Notes under the pieces: generated by a model
What the model was told of the DNA's origin: nothing
The model's database searches: none
The model's input: the letters and a program-made list of their open reading frames with translations, nothing else
Made by a program: the position numbers and the translations under genes
Source of the DNA: Heptranchias perlo
Taxonomy: Eukaryota
Assembly: GCF_035084215.1 (NCBI RefSeq)
Contig: NC_090348.1
Coordinates: forward strand, 25,854,001 to 25,918,000
DNA: 64,000 nucleotides
Direction: 5' to 3'
Part shown: in pieces, positions 49,340-61,352 of the stretch
Position numbering within the stretch: the first letter of the stretch is position 1
Layout of the letters: each line of letters starts with the position of its first letter

Positions 49340-50520
49340 AATTAATTTAGTTGAGGAAGGGTCTCTAGTGGATGTAATTTAGAATTTCGGACGGCATTGG
49401 TTGAATTCCGTGTTAGGATTATAAAAGATTTGTTCGCTTTTATACTCAGTGCATCAAAATAAAAACACAAGTAAGACATTGAAAAGACTTTTTTACAGTG
49501 CGTTACCATTACGAGTTTAAGAAATTGAACCAGTCAGCATGCATGGAGTCCACGTCACTTGCAGAAACATTAACCTGATGGTATTGAGTTTGGTACAGGT
49601 GTTCCAACAAGGCAGTGTAAGAGTGCAGAGTTTTGCTTTTGCCGATGGTAAATTCAGGCAGCTCATTAATATTCTAGCAGAATGTGTATTAATGCTAAAT
49701 TAGCTGGAGTGAAACTATCATGGTAATAGAAATTAGACGGTGATGCTAAATAAAAAAGCTCAATATTGGACTTGTAGTGGAAGGAATGAATGAAAAGTGG
49801 AATTTTGTAGAAGGATGTTTTGGAATCTGAGAACATTTAATTGGACAAGCTGAGGAATAGGGTTTTTAATATGGTTAAATGTAAAGTAATACATTTTGGA
49901 ACAGGAAATGCATATTAATGGATATCCAAAAGTTGGAAAAAAAGGATTTGGAGGTGAGCCAATCAAATGCTGACATACATATCAAGAGCATTTGATTAGT
50001 TTTCTTTTAACAAAAACTATTATAGATTATTGGTGAGGTTACATGTTATATGCAATTTTGTGCACCTATATTCAAAACATTAATGTGTTTGGCAAAGGAT
50101 ATTGATCATTGTTGGGACATGGATCTCCGAGTTATGGAGAGAACGCTCAAAACTGAACTTTCATTTAGAGAAAAGATCAAGGGCTTTAAAATGATGAGGC
50201 CCAGATACTGTGATTTAGCATGGAGTGAGAGTCCTAAACTACAGGGCACAAGTATGAGATCAACAAATACGGCTGGAGAAATGTTTGTTTTCCCATAAGG
50301 TAGTTGATTTATGCCGTTGATTTCTGTTTTTAAAAAGTCTTTCTTTTGGTGGAAAGGGAAGTTAGTTAAATGTTTGGTTTAAAAGTAAGAATGAAGTTTA
50401 AAAATAATATAATTGAGCAAATATTTTAGAGTACAATAATTCTTGTGGTGTTGGGACTTTTGGGAATAGGGTAGTCAAGTTGAATAATGGAGGGCATGGG
50501 GTTGGATTGATACCATGGAG
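49340..50520 (+). mobile_element. Highly degraded CR1-like remnant
   Basis: Scattered CR1-like blocks (GTGGATGTAATTTAG, GGTGTTCCAACAAGG, TTGGTGAGGTTACATG...GCAATTTTG). Confidence 0.4.
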
Positions 50521-50688
50521 TTTCACTTAAGCACCTTCTGAGTTTGGGGAGAAATTGTCTCCCTCGGAAGGTTGAGTAAATTTTGTAATGGGACAAACTG
50601 AATCCAACAATGAAGTTTTAAATTGTCTCAGAAAGTTCTTTCGTCAAGCCAGTAACTTTCCATTTCTTTTTACCCATCCCAACCCCAG

Positions 50689-50810
50689 TTTTGTTTCCAG
50701 AAAATATTGTACCAAAAACTCCACAGACTGTTAGCACATGGAATGACATTGACATGTTAATGAGAAACAAAAAGAAAAATTGCTGCAGGTCACAAGGCCA
50801 GACTGACAAA
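50689..50810 (+). CDS. MOV10L1: MOV10L1 coding exon 14 (VLFPENIVPKTPQTVSTWN...QTDK)
   Basis: AG/GT boundaries, phase 1 to 0. Resembles human VLFPEEIILQSPQVTGNWN. Confidence 0.92.
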
Positions 50811-51926
50811 GTAAGAATATTTTTAGGATTTTTAAACAAAAATATGTTATAAAATACTTGCATTAGAATCTGATAACCATCATCTGTTTATTATATATAC
50901 TTGTGTTGCTATGTTTGCATATTGGTCTGTTCTTTTAAACTGAGAGATTGCATTGTTTTTTTTCCCTTTTCTATTAGGATTGGGTTGAGCCCAAGTAGAG
51001 GAGGGTATTTAATATTTTTTGTTTTTTATCTAAGGCAACTGTCAGTTTCCTTGACTTAGCCTTTGGAACCTGAGGTCCAGCCTATTCTTTGAAATACTGA
51101 ATCTGATCATTTAGTGTGATGTGTTCACAGTTTAAGTACACACATGCACAAAATAATACAGCAGAATGGAAAGGCCATTCACTTTGTCCAGCTTGCTTTG
51201 TCATTAGTGCCCTATTGTAGCAGCTGATCTGATCATTTTTCACCTTTATTCCACCCTAACCCTGTACCTCCACCCTCCCTGCTGAGTTAGGAATCAATCC
51301 ATCTCTCGTAGAAATGCTGTAGCTGAGAACAATATTCGCTAAACTTTGGTAGCTACAACACGGAAACAGGCCGCTCCGCCCAACTAGAGCCTGCCCCACT
51401 CGGGATTCTTCAGTGGCTGCTGCGGAGCTGCTTGCCCAGATTATTTAGATGATGCCCCAGGCCCAATTTCAGGCTGACCTCGGGCCTCCTGGTGCGGGTT
51501 ACACCTTCGTGCCAATGAAACTGGGCGCCAATGAATTTCAACCCTAATCTGCGATGTTAGTGTTTGTCAAATATTGTACCATGATCTCTTCCTTGACTCA
51601 CTAAGTACATATTTGCAAATTCATCCTGCTGGCTGCAAAATCTCAACTGGGGTGAAATCAAACTGTGATTTTAGTTAATGCTTCTTAAACTGACCCCGTT
51701 ATGATAGAGTCAGGTCTTTTCCTGCTTAACTTAAACAATCAATATTTTTAATGTAATGCTTCTGTCCTTTTAAAATTGGAATAACATTAGATATTTTCCA
51801 GTCTTCTGGAACCTTGTATTAAATAGTTAGTTGAGAATTTGGTAAATACTGTGTAGTGTGTAAAACTGCCATTAAAACGCCTTTTATTCACTTTTACTGT
51901 GAAATTTTATTTCTACACCATTTCAG

Positions 51927-52074
51927 GAAAAGGACGTGGATGCAAAATTAAGTAGTTCCTGCACAGGTAAAACGGACTTATACCGAGATACTGGATGCAC
52001 AGTTACTAAGGAGAGAACAACTGAAATAACATCCATGTCTGATGGATTATCGGTTGCTGCACAGACTGGTCATG
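51927..52074 (+). CDS. MOV10L1: MOV10L1 coding exon 15 (divergent linker EKDVDAKLSS...AAQTGH)
   Basis: tttcag acceptor, G|gtgaga donor. The phase 0-to-1 change is required to join exons 14 and 16; low sequence conservation. Confidence 0.78.
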
Positions 52075-52096
52075 GTGAGAGCAAATCGCACGCATT

Positions 52097-52851
52097 GGGC
52101 TCGATTTTAAAACCAAGCCGGGAAGAGGGCAGGGTGGGGTCAAATTGAGAATGGGAAACCCACTAGTACGGATTTCCCAGACGTCCTTACGATTTTGACA
52201 GAAGGATGTCTTTTTTGTCGGTTCCCCGTCCAACTGACCGGCCTGATTGACAGGATGGTCTCAGTCACACGGGAGACCAGCCAGGGAGAGGAAATCTTCA
52301 GGTAAGTCTGCAGGTAAGTCTTTGTTTGTATGGGCAGGCATAGGTTGGCACAGGGGTCGTGAGTCATCAGTCATGGGGAGGGGGTGTCGAGATCGGGGGT
52401 CATCGTGAGGGTCCGCAATTGTTGAGGGGGAGGATCCGGGGTCGGAGGATCGAAGTGGGGGGGAGGATCGGGGATCTGTGATCGTTGCGGGGTCGGTGCA
52501 AGTAGACTTGTTGGGCCTGGGGGAAGCACTCTTGCTCCTCCGGGCCCACAAGCTAGGCCTTTCTAGGCACCTACCTGTTAGTCTCAGGTCTTCTCGCCTC
52601 CTTTCACGAGGCATAAAACAGAAGGCTTGGGAATCCCGGCCCCTCTGGGTTGAAATTGGGAAGTCCAGAAAAATGGAAGCCCAAAGTCTCCTTGAAAGGT
52701 TTTAAGGCCCGACGCGCCTCCTGGGAGCGGGTTGGTCACCCGCCCTGATGAAAACTGGAAATGGGCGGGTTGGGGGCGGATCTGAAATGGTGGCAATTTT
52801 CAATGCCCCCTCCCCCCAACCCACCCATTTATCACTTTGAAAATTGAGCCC
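52097..52851. mobile_element. PIF/Harbinger-like MITE
   Basis: TIRs GGGCTCGATTTT / AAAATTGAGCCC and a 3-bp TSD ATT on both sides; related to 37675-38377. Confidence 0.85.
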
Positions 52852-53382
52852 ATTAAGTCTTTTAATTATGAAATCCACTTATTTTTAGTACAGGGAGAAA
52901 ACCTTGATAATTTAACTTTTCTGAGGAAACAATCTGATGTTTGAGATTTTCTTTTAAGCTGTAACCCACATGACTCTTCCACCAGAAGTCAACATTCATT
53001 TCCCTCCTACCTTTGGAAAATCATACTGTAGTTTGCTCCATGTGTGAGAGTTGTGTTTTGGTCCTTCCTATGCTCCCAGTATTGTACTACACTAAGTTTC
53101 CAGACAACAGAAAAGCATGTGCAAAGAAGCTTTCTGGCTCCTTGGCACATGCCTGGTCCAAGTCAGGTGATTTTCTGAAATCAGCTAACTAGTTCCACAC
53201 CAGGGATTGTGTTTCTAACAAACTAGCTACTTGCAGAGTTAAAATAGAATCTTTAATCATCTCCATACATTTCAGATTCTGGTGGACAGTGTTAGTGGAT
53301 TACGCTAAACAATTTTAACAGTTTCTAGGTTATAAGCCATTAAAACCTTGAACTACTTCCGATTTCATCAAAAATATTGTAG

Positions 53383-53567
53383 GAGGAAATCGTATAGATG
53401 AGCCATTCAACAGGCAGGAATATAACTTTTTCAACTCGCTGCTGAATGACTATCAAAAGTCTGCAGTCAAGAGGATCCTCCGTGGAGAATGCAGACCAAC
53501 GCCATATATTCTGTTTGGACCCCCTGGCACCGGAAAAACAGTCACTATCCTTGAAGCCATCTTGCAG
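53383..53567 (+). CDS. MOV10L1: MOV10L1 coding exon 16 (helicase Q motif and Walker A: [47 protein letters not shown])
   Basis: AG/GT boundaries, phase 1 to 0. SF1 helicase motif I. Confidence 0.97.
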
Positions 53568-54324
53568 GTATTTTATATGTTATATGTTAATGGACTCATT
53601 AGTGCATTTTAAGATTACACTGTAGCTGTACACAGCCTCTGGTGACTTGCGCTCTATAAGCATGGATGGATTTTCCTTCTGTATTTAAAGCAAGTCGTCA
53701 CTCCATTCTAGCAGAGGACACCAAGGTACATGTATTTTTTCCCATTCCACTTTCTTTGGCTGACCTGCCATTCCCTACTTGGAGGGCATATGATTATGTT
53801 GTCTCTTGGTCTCCATCAATGTCAGTACAAGGAGGTGACTTTCCCTTACTTCTCCCTGTGGTGAAGTGCCTGACCTCAATTCAGCACCTTCCCTCATTGC
53901 TACAGCTGACATTGGTAAGTCACCTTCCCAGGAACTATGTACACAAACCCATGCACTACCATTCCAGCCCTGATTTAGCACTTATTATTTAATGCTGGTT
54001 TGTTAAGGAATCCATTAGCTGACAGACTTCTAAGAAGTACTCTTTAAACCACATTTACTTTATAAATTGAGAAAACTCATAAATATACCCAGGGTTTTAA
54101 AAAAAGTTCACTTGCAGCTAAACCATATGAAACAACATTCTCTCTATACAAGCCTTACTATTGGACATAGACAAACAAATCTAAAAATGGCCTTGCATGA
54201 AGCTTTAGGAAGAGTTGCTAACTGCAGTTTCAGCAGATTAATTTTCTTTACATTTTGTTTTTTTTTTGACGGGGTGGGGAGAGTTTAAAGCTAGTATTGT
54301 AAAAGGACTTTTGCTTCTGTTTAG

Positions 54325-54471
54325 ATTCACTTTACTTTACCAGACAGTCGGATTTTGGCTTCTGCTCCCTCCAACAGCGCTGCTGACCTTCTGTGTTTAC
54401 GTTTACATGAAAGCAATGTGCTAAAGCAGGGAGACATGGTGCGAGTTAATGCCACGTGCAGATCTGAAGAG
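54325..54471 (+). CDS. MOV10L1: MOV10L1 coding exon 17 ([30 protein letters not shown]...[11 protein letters not shown])
   Basis: AG/GT boundaries, phase 0/0. Motif Ia (APSNSAAD). Confidence 0.97.
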
Positions 54472-54614
54472 GTAGGGTAATATTTTACTTTGGATAAAAA
54501 CTTTAGGAAATATTTTGTCAGGACAGGAAGATTTGACTGTACTTAAAACCGTTCTAGACTAGAGGCAAAATCATCCTTAAATTGTAAAAAGTGATTGTCT
54601 AGACCCTTCATGAT

Positions 54615-54955
54615 GGTTGTAGACTGAGAAGATAGAGAGAAACTGTTCTCATTGGCGGAAGGGTCAAGAACTAGAGGACGTAGAAATAGTGATTGGCAAA
54701 AGAACCAAAGGTGACGTTTTCTTTTTTACGCTGCGAGTGGATAGGATCCGGAAAGCACTGTCTGAGGGGGTGGTAGAGGCAGATTCAATCATGGTTTCAA
54801 AAGGGAACTGGATTAGTACTTGAAAGGAAAGAATTTGCGGGACCACGGGGATAGGGCAGGGGAGTGGGACTAACTGCATTGCTCTTGCATAGAGCCGGCA
54901 TGGACTCAATGGGCTGAATGACCTCCTTCTGTGCTACAACCTTTATGATTCTAAC
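54615..54955 (+). mobile_element. CR1 3' end fragment
   Basis: Colinear with 28450-28790. Confidence 0.85.
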
Positions 54956-55124
54956 TATCATTAGTACTTGTTAACAAAGGTGCTCTCCCATCTGACAGCT
55001 GTTGCAACTCTTCATTCAGATCTTCCTGTACACCACACCACCAACTCACTCTGGCTTTCCACTTGATCTTTTTAATCAGTGTGTCTACTCTGACCCTTGG
55101 TCTTCTCCCCATTTTGAGCTTTGC

Positions 55125-55174
55125 ATTCACTTTACTTTACCAGACAGTCAGATTTTGGCTTCAGCTCCATCCAA
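55125..55174 (+). repeat. Intronic partial duplicate of the first 50 nt of MOV10L1 exon 17
   Basis: 47 of 50 positions identical to 54325-54374; no AG acceptor in front. Confidence 0.9.
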
Positions 55175-55959
55175 AGGACTGAAAGGTCTTTTTCATTACT
55201 TTAGCATGGTCACTATATGCTCCCAGCATCTTCCTCTCAAAATCATCCACACTTACATGCTGAGCCTCCATTGGGGTCCAGCTCTCAATATCTCTCAGAA
55301 GTGTCACTTGGACACTAACCTTAAACACTCCCTTTCCACATTCCAAGCCAAAGCATTTGTAATTTGAGATTTACCTGCTTGCAATTTGTTCTGTAACAAT
55401 AAGATTTGGCTGCTTGTTCTGCGTTACTCATTTGCCAGTGTTATGGTGAAATTAAATCCTTTATTTAAAAATGTAGTTGCAACAAGCAGTCAAGTGTGGA
55501 CCCCAGTCAACACAGACCTTTGATCTTCTCACAATTCAATTGTAGGAAAAATAAAAATTGAAGATTGAAGTCTTGTGCGAAGGGAAATTTAACGTCCGAG
55601 GTGGTGTATGCAGAATAATCACTGTCATAGGGCTAACATCAACTCAAGGATACATTTTGAATACTAAATAGTTTACAGGGATTAAAACTAGCCTAGTCTT
55701 TGTGAGTCATTAATATAGCTTTTGTTGAATGTGAGATTTAAAACAAAAAGTAGGCATGTAAACAGTTTGAAGGATATTTATATAAAATATATAAGAACTC
55801 AATACCTACCAGAACTATATGTAATTTTAATTATACCTCAGTAAAATCGCTGAAGATTGTGGATAACTATAAAATAGCATCTGTGCATGTATAAGACACA
55901 TTCTGACTTCGGGTAACAACTGTGCATCCATAACGCACACACTTATGTCCAAACATTAT

Positions 55960-57646
55960 GGGGGGAAAAATTGGATAGGGCCTGATATTGAGCAGGAGTA
56001 GCGTGATCCGCTATTACCCCGCACCCAATGGCCCCTGCGCAGGCTGTATAAGACTTTCGTGAGGCCTGAGGACTTACTTGCAATCTGCGTTGGAAATCAG
56101 CGTTGAATGAGGATTCCATGCAATTTGCACTTTCTACTAGCAGGGGGAACTCCAATCTCTTAAAGGCAGGCTGTCTCTTAAAATCTCTTAGAGGTAACTG
56201 ATACCTGTTGTTTGCTGAAAATAACATTCTGCTGTCTGCACGGAGTTTGAATGGAGATCAGACATCACACATGCAAAACACAGATGCGGCTCCTGTCCCT
56301 ACAAACTGATGAGTTATGTTAAAACATTGAATAAAGGTTGCGCACTACTAAATCCCACATCATCCAATCTGCATGCCAGATCTCGCTGATCTGAGTTTGT
56401 ACCAGGCCTGCGGGAGTGCATGCACCAAGGCTCTCTGCTGATGCACTAGAGGCCTTGGTGCAAGAGATGGACAGATGGGGGGACATCCTATATCCACAGG
56501 GCGGGGGAAGGGGGGGGCGGTGGGGGGCACAAGGCCCTCCAGACATATACCCGGGAGGCAGCGGGGGACGAAGCCAATGCCAGGCGCACAGCATCATGAA
56601 CATGGATGCAGTGCAGAAAGAAGTTCAGTGCTTTGACACGAGTGGTCAAGGTGAGTGAGATCAACTGTCAAGTGGCATCTCCTACCAACTACATCACCAG
56701 CTGCATCCACTGCTCCACACACTACACCCCCCATCACCCACGTACCAACAAACTCTTTCCATCAGTACTCAACTCTTCCAATCAGATGCTTCCTCTCACC
56801 CTTACACATTACCACTGTTGCAAGCCACCCACTCATACCTCACAGGCCACACACACTGGCAGCTATTCAACCATGACAGACACATCACCTAGACATATGT
56901 CCCGCTTTCTTGCAGGAAAAGGTGGCGCATATCAGGAGGCTGCAAGTGGCAGTGGCATTTAGCCCCTTGAGCCTGTTCCGCCATTCAATAAGATCATGGT
57001 GGACCTGTGACCTAACTCCATATACCTGCCTTAGCCCCATATCCCTTAATATCCTTGGTTCACAGAATTCTATCAATCTCAGATTTAGAATTCACAATTA
57101 AGCTAACACCAACTGCCGTTTGCAGAAGAGCGTTCCAAACTTCTCTCAACCTTTACGTGTAGAAGCCTTTCCTGACTTCAATCCTGCATGTCCTGGCTCT
57201 AAATGTTAGGCTATGTCTCCTAGTATTCAAGTATAGGAGGCCTTCAAAAACAGTTACAAATGTCTTGGCAGCCAGAAGCAACAATTCAGCCACTAACCTG
57301 GAATTCATGCATGGTCCCTTTAAATAGCGCTGGTGGGGGTCCTCCAGGCATTCTTAAGACACGTTCAGATGGTCGGGGTTAAGACTGTATGTTGAGTTGA
57401 GCGTTAAGTCCCAAAATGGTGTCTATCACTTTACATCAGCGTTGCACACTGATTGTATCCATTTTCTCCTTACTTTACATGCTTCCGGCATTCGTTATCT
57501 GCGCCTGCACTAACTCCTATACTAAGATGGCGTCCGGCGCAAGTCACGCTGGAAACATGCGTGCGCAGCCAAGCCGCCATCTTGGCACTTCAGGAGGCCG
57601 CCTAGCGCCAAAACAACGGGCGCTACATGGCCCAATTTAGTAACCT
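55960..57646 (+). mobile_element. Degenerate PIF/Harbinger transposon with a Myb/SANT-like gene remnant; CR1 3' end (-) inserted at ~56945-57225
   Basis: APRLSADALEALVQEMD..DILY and QCRKKFSALTRVVK resemble Harbinger Myb/SANT (NAIF1/MSANTD-like) proteins. GC-rich subterminal regions; the ends are imprecise. Confidence 0.65.
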
Positions 57647-57715
57647 ATATTCCTTTTGGTACAGATAAGAGTATGTGTTGACTAAAGTGCCTTAAAGACC
57701 AGTGCTCAGAAAATT

Positions 57716-57820
57716 GGGAGTAAATTTTCAACTTGCTGCCTGGACGTAAAACTGGCATTGCAGATTGGTCGATCCACAACGCTACTTTTACACCTAGACT
57801 GCAAATTGAAAATCTACCCC
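57716..57820. mobile_element. Short palindromic MITE
   Basis: Ends GAGTAAATTTTCAA / TTGAAAATCTACCC, with inner GTAAAA / TTTTAC symmetry. Confidence 0.6.
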
Positions 57821-58339
57821 TTGATGTCAAGACCCTGCCCGAACAAACCGTGTTAAAACATTTTATTTACTCATAGTTGCTTTCTGAACTGGGCCTTATC
57901 TTTCCTTAGTGTTGCTGTGACTGATCTTTTGGAATCGGGACCAGGTAAACCTATCAGGCATTTAGTAAACATAGATATTTTTAAAAAGCTTACAAAATGA
58001 ATTCTGCTTCTGGAAATGATAAAGGCAAATATTCCAGTGAGCCCATCAGTCAAAACCTTGGGCCACATTTATGAAGTATAAATTGGAACGTAGCAACAGG
58101 AGGAGGTCATTCAGCCCCTCAAGCCTATTCCACCATTCAATTAGATCATGGCTGCTTCTACCCGCCTTGGTTCCATAACCCTTTGAAAATCAACAATGAT
58201 TGACGGAGTAATAAATTGTGATTTATTCTTAACATGAATACTGATGATGAAAATCACTCTAAGAAGTGTATCTTTGTAAAAGACTAATATAAAATTTAAA
58301 TGGAACTGTGTGTGTGTGAAGGGGCATATTTGATGTAAC

Positions 58340-58635
58340 TTCCCCCAGTGGAACAGTGGGTAGATGCAGTTTGTCTGGTGGTACTGAGGGCTTACATACC
58401 AGGAAAGTTCCAGATTTGATCCCTGATTCATGCTGAGCTGGTAGTTTGCTAGTCCCCCTTGCTTTTTGCACTTGTGTAGATATCAAGTGATAATGCGATT
58501 GGGTTTAACTCTGATATCCCCATATTCAAATTATTTTCACACATGAAGAATGGCCAGTTGGGCACAGAACCGTTGCTGGCTCCTCTAGAACCATACTCCA
58601 ACAGGAATCTCAGCTTTCAGAAGAGATGGAGAGAA
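58340..58635 (+). mobile_element. Unclassified tRNA-derived SINE-like repeat
   Basis: A-box-like TGGAACAGTGG and B-box-like GATTTGATCCC; same family as 13775-14160. Confidence 0.55.
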
Positions 58636-59225
58636 AATTACAAGAAGAAAAATTGCAATTTGAAAACACAATTTTACTATTTTAAAATGATACAAAATCT
58701 AGTCTGTGGGCTTCATTAGTAAATAAATAGCCTTTTTGACAGTTGGTGTTTTAATAATTGTGCTCGTGTTTAATTTCTTCATTTTTCTAAAATGTTAGTT
58801 TATACTGAGCTTTAATTTTGTGCGTTTCTCCTTTTTGCAGGATTTTTATACACCAGAATGTTTAAACTATTTCTCAAACTACTCTGTTTACTCATTCTAA
58901 TGTTGATCATTTTATCAATGTCTATACTTAAAAAAAAACCCACACAGATCTAGATCCACATCCATCTTCAAAATAACCAACACACACAATCTTAGCTTTG
59001 CACTGTGAAAATAAAGACCTATATAGAGAATACACAAATTTTAATACTCTTCAGTGCTTAAAGGGCACAAATATGCACGGAGCTTTGAAATCCTGGATCT
59101 CTACAGTAATTAGTTATCACTTGAGTCAGGAAGAACAATGTTTTGCCATAAATAACATCATAAAAGAGATGACAACAGAGCTGGCAATTTGTTTTCTGGT
59201 TCCACCCATTTATTTTCCCCTCCAG

Positions 59226-59347
59226 TACATACCTGAAATTGTACAGCTGTACAGTAAAGATGGAGAGGATCTTTGGGATGCAGCACGCTGCAGGATAATA
59301 ATAAGCACATGTAGCACGGCTGGATTATTCTACCAGATTGGATTAAG
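59226..59347 (+). CDS. MOV10L1: MOV10L1 coding exon 18 (YIPEIVQLYSKDGEDLWDAARCRIIISTCSTAGLFYQIGL)
   Basis: AG/GT boundaries, phase 0 to 2. Resembles human [30 protein letters not shown]. Confidence 0.95.
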
Positions 59348-59984
59348 GTATAATGAAGCATGCAGTATTAAATATTCTGTATTGAATTTCTATTAGATCA
59401 TAATTATGCAAAGTGCTTCTATGTGATGCATCTTTTTCTCCAGGGTGAGGTATAATTAATCATCATTGTAAGAACAAACATAATTTATTTTGAATTTTCA
59501 GAAATGTGTGGTGTGAAAATGAGTTCTATCTTGTGTTTTTTTAAAACATTAAAATGTACTTATTTTCTAATATAAAATTGTAAATTTGTCACAGTATAGC
59601 TATAGTAAAGCATTTGAAAACGTGTTTATGAAACCTAGCGTTGCAATAATTTAATGTTCTGTTAGGGAATAAAGTAACTTCTTTTAGACTGGTGCTTGGC
59701 AGTTGCCTTTTGGTTATGGCAAACCCAAAAAGATCCACAGAAAAGAGGAATTGATTGTCTTCACTTCAGATACTTGGCTCCTTGTAGATACTCTTTTTAT
59801 ACAGAAAAGGCTGAATTCTGCTTTTTGGATGCTGGAAAAATAAGATTTTCTGGCCCTTTAAAGACTTCTTGGCCTATGCTGATGTAATAGTTTATTTGTG
59901 CAACATCCTTTCTTCTCCCTACCCAATCAACCACCAGTTTCTTCCTTTTTGACAGTCTGCATCTCTTAGTGAATGATTCTCTTA

Positions 59985-60033
59985 CAAATAAAACTTGTTG
60001 GACTATAACCTGGTGTTGTAAGATTCCTTACAT
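59985..60033 (+). mobile_element. Tiny Penelope-like pseudo-LTR tail fragment
   Basis: AAATAAAACTTGTTGGACTATAACCTGGTGTTGTAA matches 40535-40570. Confidence 0.65.
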
Positions 60034-60465
60034 ATGAGAGAAAGTGCTAGACAATTACAACATTTAAACATGATAATAACTTTGGCTTAGTTCAAAGTGC
60101 CTTTGGTTGTTGATCGTATATAAAATGCCTGTCTCTGCAGCAATTGGTACAGAACACCAAATAAATAATTGTGTCACTGGCTATCAGTTCATTTGTTCCT
60201 GATAAGCAATTAGCGTAACGTTCTTTAGCAGGCAGACGCTAGGACTTCCAAACAGTGTGCCCTGGAGCATATGCTGCCTTTTCCCTTGTTGATAGTGATC
60301 TACTACTGCTGTCCTTAGAAAAAAAACAACTGCTTATGTGACACATAGACTGAGGTCCAAATCCATTGTCCTACTGCATAAATAAACACTATGTGGAAAA
60401 TTTGTTTTCATTACTTTTAGATAGAAGCGACGGCCTTGTAATCCTTCCAAGGCAACAAAAGCATA

Positions 60466-60614
60466 GGAGTAGTTTTGACTTTGGATGATAGTGTAAAACG
60501 GGTGATGTTGATTCAGCCGCCCATTATACATCCAGAAAATCGGGAGAGATGTATAACGGGCGGCTGAATCGATAACATCCGTTTTACACGATCACCCAAA
60601 GTCAAAATTACCCC
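60466..60614. mobile_element. Palindromic MITE (~150-nt hairpin)
   Basis: The two arms are reverse-complementary over ~65 nt, with a short loop. Confidence 0.8.
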
Positions 60615-61252
60615 CATTCTTTCTGTGCTTGGGAACCATGTCACCTTACAGCCAGGAAAGATTCAATCCCAGAAACCAAAAGAATATCGCCTACATCATG
60701 TTATTGAGGAACCAGCTGACTGACACCACAAGGCTTAACACTGATTGTGGAACCACGTCAAGGCAGAAGTTGTACAAAATGCTGTCTGCACCAACTAGTA
60801 ACGTAGATGCATTGCTGAATCCTACAATTGATGCTGAATGTACCCAAGATCAAGTATTGGGCATGTTATAGCAGGGGGAAGATTTTAAGACTGCATGCCA
60901 ATAACCCTACTGGCATTGGGTGACCAAAGAGAATCTGAGGTCAAAGGCATTTTAGCAGCATCAAACCTTTGAGAAAATTCTTTCAATGAAAGAAGTTGAA
61001 GTTGACTTAATCTCTTAAGATGTTTACTCCTGGAGGGTTATTAGAAACAGAAGTATGAGACCAAGAACTAGCAGAACTTTCCAGGGCTGCTAATGCCAGC
61101 TTTACTATGCTGGATAGCTAAAACAGTCTGACTCAGCTAAGTTCTGGTTAAGATCTCAGTTTGATTCTAAAAGGCCACTGAAAAGAAATGAGACACTTTC
61201 TTTCAAAACTAGATAGTTGTAATTGTTCACTTTTTGTTTTCTCTAATCAAAG

Positions 61253-61352
61253 GACGGGACACTTTACTCATGTTTTTGTTGATGAAGCTGGTCAAGCTAG
61301 TGAACCTGAATGTCTCATTCCTCTGCTGCTAGTATCGGAGGAAGATGGACAG
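61253..61352 (+). CDS. MOV10L1: MOV10L1 coding exon 19 ([33 protein letters not shown]; motif II)
   Basis: AG/GT boundaries, phase 2 to 0. DEAGQ Walker B. Confidence 0.97.

Noticed and set aside
56495-56570. G-quadruplex-prone run, tempting because MOV10L1 acts on G4 RNA
   Set aside because: Lies within a TE remnant, G-runs are common in these repeats, and there is no evidence of function.
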